A stretch of DNA of 63,984 nucleotides, filler included, from Octopus bimaculoides (taxonomy: Eukaryota), in the NCBI RefSeq assembly GCF_001194135.2. It is 7 parts of 7 records of this genome, joined end to end, with 100 filler letters (N's around TTAATTAATTAA, not from the genome) between each part and the next. Parts side by side here need not be neighbours in the genome. Positions count along the whole stretch, not along the records: positions 51,021 to 62,713 come from NC_068987.1; positions 62,814 to 63,984 come from NC_068989.1; 5 more parts are not named here. One strand, written 5' to 3'. Within the stretch, counting starts at the first letter, position 1; each line of letters opens with the position of its first letter. The translations under genes and the position numbers were made by a program. Below the pieces are notes generated by a model, which was not told the origin of the DNA, ran no database searches, and saw only the letters and a list, made by a program, of their open reading frames with translations. Shown in pieces: positions 53,411 to 63,984 of the stretch.

Positions 53411-53844
53411 AGGCGGTGAGCTGGCAGAAACGTTAGCGCGCCGGGCGAAATGCTTAGCGGTATTTCGTCTGCCGTTACGTTCTGAGTTCAAATTCCGCCG
53501 AGATCGACTTTGTCTTTCATCCTTTCGGGGTCGATAAATTAATTACCAGTTACGCACTGGAGTTGATGTAATCGACTTAACAATTTTAATTTTTCTGTCT
53601 TGTTTGTCCCCTGTATGTTTAGCCCCTTGTGGGCAATAAAGAAATAAGAAACGTTTGCATGCCGGGCGAAATGCTTAGCGGCATTTCGTCTGTCTTAACG
53701 TTCTGAGTTCAAATTCCGCCGAGGTCGACTTTGCCTTTCATCTTTTCTGGGTCGATAAATTAAGTACCAGTTGCGTACTCGGGTTGATCTAATCGACTGG
53801 CCCACTCCCCACAAAATTCAGGCCTTGTGCCTAGAGTAGAAAAG
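53411..53844 (+). mobile_element. Dimeric SINE family B with 17-bp target-site duplication
   Basis: Headed monomer (to ~53650) plus headless monomer; AATATATGCAGGTGGAA at 53394-53410 and 53845-53861. Confidence 0.93.
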
Positions 53845-54735
53845 AATATATGCAGGTGGAATAATGAACATTATCTAAAATTTCAGATAATGTCTAAATC
53901 AGCAGTTACATTGTACCGACGGAATACACAGCAAAGGATAAAAAAATTTTTTTTATGATATTGACGCACATATATGTATATTATATGTGTATTTACATAT
54001 TTAAGAGTGTATATGTGTGTATGTATACATACGTATATGTACATACACACACACATATGTACATATACACATACATTTATATATATATGTATGTGTGTGT
54101 GTGTATGTAGGTTTGGTAATACAAAGAGAAGTAATAGAACTCAAAAGAATAAACAAGAATTTATATATTGTTCTTTTTAATCGGTGGGCGTTACACAGTG
54201 GCTCAATGGCAATGAATTTTGTGCATGGAACTTATCAATTGTAAGTAAATTATATACATCTGTAAGGTAATCATATATATATATATANNNNNNNNNNNNN
54301 NNNNNNNNNNNNNNNNNNNNNNNNNNNNNNNNNNNNNNNNNNNNNNNNNNNNNNNNNNNNNNNNNNNNNNNNNNNNNNNNNNNNNNNNNNNNNNNNNNNN
54401 NNNNNNNNNNNNNNNNNNNNNNNNNNNNNNNNNNNNNNNNNNNNNNNNNNNNNNNNNNNNNNNNNNNNNNNNNNNNNNNNNNNNNNNNNNNNNNNNNNNN
54501 NNNNNNNNNNNNNNNNNNNNNNNNNNNNNNNNNNNNNNNNNNNNNNNNNNNNNNNNNNNNNNNNNNNNNNNNNNNNNNNNNNNNNNNNNNNNNNNNNNNN
54601 NNNNNNNNNNNNNNNNNNNNNNNNNNNNNNNNNNNNNNNNNNNNNNNNNNNNNNNNNNNNNNNNNNNNNNNNNNNNNNNNNNNNNNNNNNNNNNNNNNNN
54701 NNNNNNNNNNNNNNNNNNNNNNNNNNNNNNNNNNN

Positions 54736-54795
<60 letters not shown>

Positions 54796-54995
54796 TCACA
54801 TACTCATACCCATCCTCACACACAAATACGTACACACGCGCATACGCACATACACATGCACGCACACAGTTCGGTTAGCACATGCTCCACAGTTTGGTCT
54901 CGAGGGAACCAGATGTTCACATCGAGTTTCTAGTACTTCAGGGTGACATTCACAGACAACTATAACATAAGTATGTGTTTCAAGATCTCTCTCTT

Positions 54996-55026
<31 letters not shown>

Positions 55027-55217
55027 TTCACGTACTCTCTTTCTCTCTCTTTCACGTGCTCCCTTTCTCTCTCTGTCTCTCGCTGGCTCGCTCTGTTTGT
55101 CTCTTATTCTTATGAAGTAGTTATGCTGACATTCTATTTCTTAAAACCGCATAATACATACACATACACACACGCACACACAAAGACGCACAAACATATT
55201 TATAAATATATATATGC

Positions 55218-55265
<48 letters not shown>

Positions 55266-55857
55266 TTATGTGTGTGCGTGCGTGTGTGTATTGATATGCG
55301 TGATGGTTGTCTTGTCGCTAGACGAGCCTGACTATCGCTGGCAAGTGTTAAGTATCAGCAATGCTCTTGCCAGAGTTTAAAGGTTCTAAGTCAAGAGCAG
55401 TCACTGTGAATGGCTCCCAATAGCAATACCGAGAATTCCAAAGACATGCAAAGTGTAAGATCTCCGGCTCAGCTGAGCAACGGAGTTTAAATACGAGTTA
55501 GCCTTCTCCAAGAACACTGCCTTGGCAAAAACCAGGATTCCCTCATTCTCAGTGAGTTTACTGTAGACAGGGACACCAAACCGAATATTTTTACGTTTCA
55601 GTGTATACAGAAACCCATGTGCACACACACACACACGCGCGCGCGCGCGCATAAATACATACATATGCATAAATATATATACATACATATATGTACATAT
55701 ACACCTACATGCATATACATACATATGCATGCATTCACACACACATATATATATATATGCATTTATATATTTAAATGCATATATATACATATAAATGCAC
55801 ACCTATATATATGCGTGTGTGCATGTGTGTGTGTGTATATATATATATGTGTGTGTG

Positions 55858-55924
55858 TGGAGATGCAATGGCCCAGTGGTTAGGGCAGCGGACTCGCGGT
55901 CGGAGGATCGCGGTTTCGAATCCA
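55858..55924 (+). mobile_element. Isolated tRNA-derived SINE head (not a tRNA gene)
   Basis: TGGCCCAGTGG A box, GGTTTCGAATCC B-box-like; no complete acceptor stem. Confidence 0.6.
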
Positions 55925-56030
55925 AGGATAGTTCATGAGATTTAAGGAGCGAAGAAGTTATCACTCCATTATGAAGCAAGGTGAAAGTGCATCAGCTGAC
56001 GAACAAGCAGCAGCGGAATTTCCTATTTAA
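55925..56030 (+). mobile_element. pogo/Tigger transposase fragment
   Basis: G*FMRFKERRSYHSIMKQGESASADEQAAAEFP corresponds to the Tigger motif GWFxRFKxR...GEAASAD..AA..F. Confidence 0.65.
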
Positions 56031-56724
56031 AACAATTTAGTTTTTTTTTTACTATTGCAAAATGATAAAAATTACTGAATTTGTGTTTTAAGCTTAAAAA
56101 AGGCTTTTATTTTACCATGTCTTATTGCAAAGCGCATTCATAAAGCGTCCGCGATGTACGGTAAGCACCGCCAAGTTGTATTCGTAAATATAGATTACTT
56201 TTTATTTTTCTGTACAGTACTAAAAAATAAAAATTATTTGTTTGTAAGCTTGAAATAGGTTTTTATTAAACATGTATTATTGAAAATGCATTCATAAATA
56301 AAGTACATAGATAGATAGATAGATAAATAGATACGCACAAACGCGCGCATCATTTATATACTTTTTTTGCTTTTGCTGTTTATTAATTTTACGACAGTTC
56401 GAATTTGAACGACCTATTGAAAGTTACACCTGTCTTAGACACCAGAGCATCGAGAAAAACACCAATTTTAAAAAGAAAATGACGTAATTTGTGGAAGATT
56501 TAGCTATGATTTCTAGCGGTTATTATGAGCACCTAGTTGGGTATCGTAGACAACTCACCTCGTTGGCTCGTTAATTATAGGTATGTGTCATTGTTTTTCT
56601 AATAAATATATAAAAGTGCTTAAACGCCCTCTTGTGGCGATAATATAGCGAAACAGCTATGTGCGTCTACATTATTTACATTATTTACATTTGACGGATA
56701 TTTGTCCTCATTTTGTTTGTTGTT

Positions 56725-56770
56725 AACACACCGTTTCGGCTGATATACCCTCCAGCCTTCGTCAGGTGTC
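56725..56770 (-). ncRNA. Antisense hammerhead copy with core mutation
   Basis: Minus strand: GACAC CTGACGA aggctgg...cagcc GAAA CG G T GTGTT; the conserved U16.1 is replaced by G. Confidence 0.55.
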
Positions 56771-57025
56771 TTGGGGAAATTTTGAACCTGGGTTCTCATT
56801 CATAACGATGTTACTATTATTATATTATTATTATTATTATTACTATTATTAATCAGGTCGTTGCCCACGGGCATATGGCGTAGTGGTTTAGAGCGCGGGC
56901 TACTAACCCCAAGATTCCGAGTTCGATTCACGGCAGCGACCTGATTAATAATAGTAATAATAATAATAATATAATAATATAGTAACATCGTTAGGAATGA
57001 GAACCCAGGTTCGAAATTTCCCCAA

Positions 57026-57071
57026 GACACCTGATGAAGGCTGGAGGGTATATCAGCCGAAACGTTGTGTT
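57026..57071 (+). ncRNA. Minimal type-I hammerhead ribozyme motif (dimer type)
   Basis: GACAC CTGATGA a GGCTGg agggtata tCAGCC GAAA CG T T GTGTT: stem I GACAC/GTGTT, 6-bp stem II, loopless palindromic stem III (AACGTT), GUU triplet. Confidence 0.75.
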
Positions 57072-57359
57072 AACAACAAACAAGATGAGGACAAATATCC
57101 GTCAAATGTAAATAATGTAAATAATGTAAATAATTCCTCATCTCTTAAATATAGAACTGTATTAGCTATGTGCGTATTTATAAGAATGTGAGCGAAATGT
57201 TTAATATTGTCTCGCATTTTTCTTTAGTGGGATCACATTTAGTGATAGCAACTTACAATACGGATAGATTCTTATATTTGAAATATATGATGATAAGGGT
57301 TCACGAACCTCGCTTATCTGATGGCTGGTTGTGCCATGTTTTCGTTTTAGAAATATTTG

Positions 57360-57715
57360 TAGGCGTGGCTGTGTGGTAAGAAGCTTCCTTCTCAAACCAT
57401 GGTTCCAGGTTCAAACCCATTGCGTGGTACCGTGGACATGTGCTTTCGGTTATAACCCCAGACCGATCGTAGACATGTGAGAGGATTTGGTTGATGGAAA
57501 CTGAAACTGTTTGTGTTTGTTCCTCACCACCTCCTCACAACCGGTGTCGCTTTGTTTACGTCCACGTAAATCAAAGCGGTTCGGCAAAAGAAAACGATAG
57601 TATAAGTACCTGTCTTATAAAAAAATAAGTACTGGGATCGATTTGTTCGACAAAACCCTTCAAGGCAGTGTCCCAGCATGAACGCAGTCCAATGATGAAA
57701 CATGAAAGATAATAT
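57360..57715 (+). mobile_element. SINE family A, full-length, diverged
   Basis: aggcgtggctgtgtggtaagaagctt...ggttcaaaccc...gatcgatttgttcgac...cccagcatg. Confidence 0.85.
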
Positions 57716-57925
57716 AAGAAAGAATAGGTTTGCTTTGATCATTTGGTTTTATATATAGTATATAGAATTTGCGTAACTACAAAGAATTGGACATACATAC
57801 ATATATACATACAAAAATACCTTGTTGTTGATGTTGAAATTCCAATAATGGAACTAGGTTAGAAACTGGCTCATTCTCCATTGGCAAGAAATCTTGAAAT
57901 AAAACTGAATGACATCCATGGATTC

Positions 57926-57986
<61 letters not shown>

Positions 57987-58824
57987 CTCAGGTGTGGTGT
58001 GCGTGGGTGGTGACATTTTTCTCATCGAGGTATAAGGTGTAAGTTTATTTTCAGCTTGCATTTGTTCTGTTTCTTTTATTTGGTTTATTGTGCTTTAGGT
58101 GTGTGTATATGCAACCTTGTGTGTGTGTGTGTGAAACAAATTTGAAACAATCTTTATAGAAGATTCTCATAGAAATTTTTGTAAAGTAATTTTTATAGAT
58201 TATATTGAAAACTTTTATACAAGATTAGAACTGCGAAATTCCATTGTTTAAAAGTCAGGTTTCTAAGGTTGCCGTCTGTATGTTTGTATGTCATTGGTCA
58301 GTTTTATTTCAAGATTTCTTGCCAATAGAGAAAGAGCTGGTTTCTAACCTAGATCCAATATTCCTTCATTGGAAGTTTAACATCAATTGGATATTTTTGT
58401 ATGTATGTATGTGTCCAGATTTGTATGTTTTGCTTTATGCATGTCTTCTCATGCATATACCTGCATATCTAAACATGCTCATATATACTTAAATGATAAA
58501 CTTCTGGAAAGTTTTACAAATTTTTACAGTACCAGTGATGGCTTGGATGTGTCGTTTTCGAATCAGCTTTGTCCTTTGTGGTTTTGAGAAGCCTAATTTC
58601 TCAAGATTGGTATTTAGGCAGTGTGTTACCTATTCTAGTGCCCCAATGATTACAGGTATAAACGTGAACTTGTAATCTGGATAGAGTAACTGCAGATTTC
58701 TCAATAGTTCAGAGTAGGTATTCTTTTTTATGTATGTATGTATGTATGTATGTATGTATGTATGTATTATGTATGTGTGAGTGTCTGTGTGTGTTGAATA
58801 GTGTGTCATTAGAACACTAAATAA

Positions 58825-59040
58825 TGGTTTCGAGTTTTGGCACTAGGCCAGCAGTTGTTGAGGGGTAGGATAAGTCTGTGACATCAACCCCAAAACTTGA
58901 CTGGAACTTATTTTATCGTTCCCGAAAGGATGGATGAAAGGCAAAGTCGACCTCGGGGGAATTTGAACTCAGAACTTAAAGACGAACAAAATACCGCTAA
59001 CCATTTTGTCCGACACGCTAACGATTCTACTAGCTCGCTT
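58825..59040 (-). mobile_element. SINE family B
   Basis: gaaaggcaaagtcgacctcgg..gaatttgaactcagaac is the reverse complement of the family B core. Confidence 0.88.
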
Positions 59041-59227
59041 TCTTTTTGGAACACTATATAAGAACTCCAGTCCACATTGCTTTATCATTTCTAAAATTCC
59101 CAACCGAGACGAATCTACAAGTGACTAGTGAGGTATTTTTTTTTTTATCTTAGAAGAAGTAATGCCAAAAACAACTTACCCAATGTTAAAGTCCGACAAT
59201 TAGCGACGGCAATATCAAGAGAAACAA

Positions 59228-59680
59228 GGTGGTGAACTGGTAGAACGCTGGGCAAAATGCTAAGTGACATTTCGTCCGTGTTTAACGTCCTGAGCTTAAA
59301 TTCCGTAGAGATCAACTTTGCCTTTTATCATTTTGGGGTTGATAAAATAAGACCTAATTGAACTTAGGGGGTCGATGAAATTGACTTAGCTCCTTCTCCA
59401 AAATTGCTGGGTTTGTGATAAAACTTGAAGCCAATATCATAAAAAACATCAAGACGGTGAACTGGCGGAATTGTTAACACACCGGGCAAAATGCTTAGCG
59501 GCATTTCGTACGTCATTATGTTCTGAGTTCAAATTTCACCGAGGTCGACTTTACCATACAATTTTTTTTTCGGGGTTTATAAAATAAGTACCTACTGAGC
59601 ACTGTGGTTGATGTAATTGACATATTTACTCCTCCGCAAACTTGCAGGCCTTGTGCCAAAATTTGAAACCAATATTAAAA
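59228..59680 (+). mobile_element. Two tandem SINE family B copies (59228-~59440, ~59455-59680)
   Basis: Each starts ggtgaactgg and carries the gagttcaaatt...gataaaataag core. Confidence 0.85.
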
Positions 59681-59736
59681 GAAACTACAAAAATAACCAA
59701 AATTAACTGAATCGCACACACACAGAAACACATACT

Positions 59737-59803
<67 letters not shown>

Positions 59804-59992
59804 ACATGTATGTGTGTATTTATGTGTGTGCGTGTGTGTGTAATTGAGTGAGCAAACGAATGAAAGTAGCACACACCAATTTGGTCTGAGTTGCATAAAT
59901 TTTTAATAACCAATCTTAGTTCCATGTAACTTAAGCTCCATATAACTAAAGCAACATGCGTGTCTTTGTAGACACACACACACACACACGCA

Positions 59993-60046
<54 letters not shown>

Positions 60047-60680
60047 TAACTGATAATGTTAGTGTCTGATGACTTAATCTTCGAGACAGTGTAACATACC
60101 CCAAAAAATTAACAGAAAGAAGCAAGTTATTTCTTACAAATGTTATTTTCCCGTTAGGGTCAGTATACAAAGGGCTGCAGTAGTCGGCTCTTTCACGATG
60201 GTGCGAGGAAAATAACAATGACAAAGCTCGCGTACCTTTGGTAATAACTGCGTCTGTTGCAGATATTAAAAAAAGGTTGTTTGCTAGAAATAGAAAGACG
60301 TATGGTGTCTGAAAGCGAAAACGACTGTCCACTAATATTCCGAGATGGTTCTTATTTATACAAGCTGGAGAGCTGAATGTAGGTCGGAGAATAATGGGAA
60401 ATTAATTAGCTTGTCTATGTTAACCTGTATTTAACCCATGAATGTTCATTTAAACAACAGAGGTTATCTAAGTTTGGTAAGTGCTAATGCCGAGCGCAAA
60501 TTTCTAAGTACTAATGCCAAGAACAATGGAAAAGAACTGGTAGAAAAATCTAGGCTAGAGTTTCGATTCCTTGTTAAGAATCCACGAGACAATTTGTTTC
60601 ACCTCTCCCTCTCTCTCTCCTTCTCTTTCGCTCTCTCCCGCTCTCTCTCGCTCACTTTCGTTCTCTCTCTCTCTCTCTCT

Positions 60681-60726
<46 letters not shown>

Positions 60727-60731
<5 letters not shown>

Positions 60732-60995
60732 CATCATTATCATCATCGTTTAACGTCCGCTTTTCATGCTAGCATGGGTTGGACGATTTGACTGAGGACT
60801 GGTGAACCAGATGGCTACACCAGGCTCCAATCTGATTTGGCAGAGTTTCTATAGCTGGATGCCCTTCCCAACGCCAACCACTCCGAGAGTATAGTGGATG
60901 CTTTTACGTGCCACCGGCACGAAGGCCAGTCAGGCGGTACTGGCAACGGGCACACTCAAAATGGTGTATTTTACGTGCCACTTGCACAGGAGCCG
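60727..60995 (-). mobile_element. Family C repeat
   Basis: (CAT)n-cgtttaacgtccgc...ctggatgcccttccc...gtgccaccggcacg. Confidence 0.9.
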
Positions 60996-61827
60996 GTCTG
61001 GAGAGTCCACGTAGTGATAAATATAAAATAAGATTTAAGGTGAAAAAAGCACAGAAATTTTGTTTGTGTAGGTAAAGTTTATTTAATCCATTACAATATG
61101 TACAGAGTCGACCGGTTTCACTTCGCTAATCATGACTCAATGTTATGAAATCATAAGTTTTTGATTTAATCTTGCGAAGAAGCAGGTATGATACAGCATT
61201 GTTGTTATACAGGAGGGTACAGTTCAAGGGAGATAATCAGTAAATATAACGTTCTTTAGCCAAAGGGATAATCAGTGGTCATAATATTTCTTAGATAAGG
61301 GGAGGTAAATCTTTTTTCTTTTTTTTTTTCTGGTTGGTTTCTTTTATTTGTGAAGTCCATTATATATTCATGTTAAGCTCTGGCTTGTATTTTTCAATAA
61401 ATGTAGCCCCTTTATTTAGTCGTTAAGGACCTCACTTCAAGTCGTTGTGAACACCTCCTTCAACTGCAAACATAGGGAAATAAATAGGACATTGGACTGA
61501 AGAAAACATCTCCAGGCAATCACACTGCAGCCTTATACGACACACTATTACGGTGAAAGACTATGTAGAATCGTTCCCGATATGTATTTATATCGGACTA
61601 TGTAATACGTCACTTGTTGCAAAAGAATTATATGTGATGTTTATATACAGACTGCTCGGTCGGGACAGACCCGATACTACGCAGCAACAATGGCAATGAC
61701 AGCATGATGTTGATGATGGTAATGATAATGATGATGATGATGATCATCATCATCATCATTATAATCAACGTCAACATTAGCATCAACGTCATCATTATTA
61801 ACAACATCAACAACAATGATAATTTTT

Positions 61828-62012
61828 TTCCATGTTTCAGTCATCGTACCTCGGCCATGCTAGAGCACTGCTTTGACAGTCTTTAGGCGAACCGATAGAA
61901 TAAAATCTAGATTTTTGTTTTTAATGTAGATTTTTATTCCCACGGTCTCTTTTTCCGAACTGCTTACTTATGGGGACGTAAACAAACTACTATATATTGT
62001 CAAGGAGCGCAG
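61828..62012 (-). mobile_element. SINE family A 3' part, diverged
   Basis: tgtttcagtcat...cggccatgctagagcactgc...ttatggggacgtaaacaaac, like 50375-50540. Confidence 0.7.
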
Positions 62013-62019
62013 GCGCGCG

Positions 62020-62450
<431 letters not shown>

Positions 62451-62668
62451 AAAACCATGTACACACCAAATAGACATTTCCGGCAAATCCTCTGTCATTA
62501 ATAGAGACACGTTGTTAATTTATTAATCTGTTGTTTTAATGGCATCCTATATAGTTTTTCATGGATTGATTATATCGATTGATTATTTACACACACACAA
62601 ACATACACACATGTATGTATGTTTTGCGTATATGTGTAGTATATATGTGTATGTTTTGCACTACATAC

Positions 62669-62713
<45 letters not shown>

Positions 62714-62829
62714 NNNNNNNNNNNNNNNNNNNNNNNNNNNNNNNNNNNNNNNNNNNNTTAATTAATTAANNNNNNNNNNNNNNNNNNNNNNNNNNNNNNN
62801 NNNNNNNNNNNNNTATATATATATATATA

Positions 62830-62995
62830 CGACGGACTTCTTTCAGTTTCCGTCTACCAAATCCACTCACAAAGCATTGGTCGGCTCGAGGCTATAGTAT
62901 AAGACACTTGCCCAAGGTGCCACGCAGTGGGACTGAACCCGGAACCATGTGGTTGGTAAGCAAGCTACTTGCTACACAGCCACTCCTGCGCCTAT
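62830..62995 (-). mobile_element. SINE family A, 5' half, young-looking
   Basis: Close reverse complement of 7863-8030. Confidence 0.92.
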
Positions 62996-63467
62996 GTTAC
63001 TGAGTAACTATGAATTTTTTCTACATTTTTCTACCCCTTGTTAGTGAAACTGGTTGGTTGGAAACTGTACTGAAGCCCGTCGAGTGGACTGAGGAGTCGC
63101 TGATTTTAACTGAGATTTCCTTTAAGGGTACACTTGTCTATGGAAATCTCAACCATTTATATATTGATTCAAGAATAGATCATACAGTTAATCAAACGAT
63201 TGAATCTTCATCGTGAACGACCGAGGCCCACCAAAATTTCAATTGCTTTCTAAGTTGAATTTTCTAACATGATTTATTAACATATGAAGTTGAACCAAGC
63301 AATTGAATTGTAATTTTTTTTTTATAGACACCAAAATTATAAATGGTAAAGCTGATTTTATCGATGATTTGAATTCACATCGTTCATTCATTCTGACAAT
63401 CCTAACAGACCTGTTGTAATGAATGGTCTTTAGCGCTGGTCATTACCTTTATCTGTCATGTTTTTAC

Positions 63468-63715
63468 TTGTTTCAGTCATATGACAGCGGCCATGCTGGG
63501 GCACGGTCATGAATAATTTTAGTCGAACAAGTACTCTAGTATATATTTTTCAAGTCTGATACTTATTCTATCGGAACCTTTTTTCCGAACCGTTAAGTTA
63601 AGAAGAGGTGAACACACCAATACTCCAGTTGTCAAGCTGTGGTGGGTGACAAACACAGACACAAAGACACGCACACACGCACACACACACATACACACTC
63701 ATATATGTAGATAGA
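63468..63715 (-). mobile_element. SINE family A 3' part
   Basis: tgtttcagtcat...cggccatgctggggcac...gttgtcaagc.gtggtggg.gacaaacacagacaca. Confidence 0.7.
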
Positions 63716-63719
63716 TAGA

Positions 63720-63984
63720 TAGGTTTCTTTATTAGCCACACAGGGCTCAACACAGAGTGGACAAAATACAAATGTAGAGTTTTTCTTTTCGAGGGGGTCG
63801 AAAACAAAGCAGAAAAAAAAACAAAAGTGGGGACAACGATGAAAAAAAACATCGCAAAACGTTTGGGGTATTTACAAAAAATACGAAATAATACAAAAAA
63901 TTCCCAATAAATGGGGAGGTTATCCGTGGAAAGAAAAACCTACGAAAAGACCACGGTAACCTCGGTCTTTAGTGTCACAGTTTG
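63720..63984 (-). mobile_element. Probable LINE 3' end (possibly Tx1-like), truncated by the window edge
   Basis: Minus strand ends AATAAAAGAAACC followed by (CTAT)n; T-rich UTR; family assignment is from recall only. Confidence 0.3.

Larger units (their letters stand above)
56655..57175. mobile_element. Fold-back element: ~197-bp inverted arms each with a hammerhead motif, tRNA-derived loop, 12-bp flanking direct repeat
   Basis: Arms 56669-56865 and 56932-57127; loop contains A box TGGCGTAGTGG (56876-56886) and B box GAGTTCGATTC (56919-56929); AGCTATGTGCGT at 56655-56666 and 57164-57175. Confidence 0.9.

Noticed and set aside
55390-55600. CR1/RTE RT-like peptide (RAVTVNGS)
   Set aside because: There is only one short motif and no supporting downstream motifs in frame.
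56866-56945. tRNA gene (also 5600-5680 and 55858-55924)
   Set aside because: A and B boxes are present, but the acceptor and anticodon stems are broken and the sequence is embedded in repeats; these are SINE-type heads.

Overview
AT-rich eukaryotic (metazoan) genomic DNA from a gapped short-read assembly, with roughly 4 kb of N and six artificial 44N-TTAATTAATTAA-44N spacers. The SINE and microsatellite repertoire resembles what I recall of Octopus; this is inference, not a database result. I can identify no intact protein-coding gene, rRNA, true tRNA gene or CRISPR array, and most ORFs in the track are microsatellite or N-gap artefacts. The window is dominated by decayed mobile DNA: one full-length but broken mariner (86-1319), other Tc1/mariner, maT-like and pogo remnants, R4/Dong, RTE and L1/Tx1 LINE fragments, Penelope-like element (PLE) fragments, and three high-copy SINE-like families (labelled A, B and C here). 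The most interesting signal is a set of minimal type-I hammerhead ribozyme (HHR) motifs with palindromic stem III in PLE-type terminal repeats. One family joins a tRNA-derived Pol III head (A and B boxes) to an HHR. It occurs fused to a PLE ORF end (5.6 kb), as a ~500-bp fold-back unit flanked by a 12-bp direct repeat (56.7-57.2 kb), and as a collapsed derivative (41.4 kb). Other notable structures are a perfect 46-bp-arm palindrome, a ~145-nt hairpin whose outer stem pairs fully only on the minus strand, a template-switch-like rearrangement, and one weak candidate terminal coding exon (minus strand, 34511-34705). Repeat boundaries are approximate unless TIRs or TSDs are quoted.
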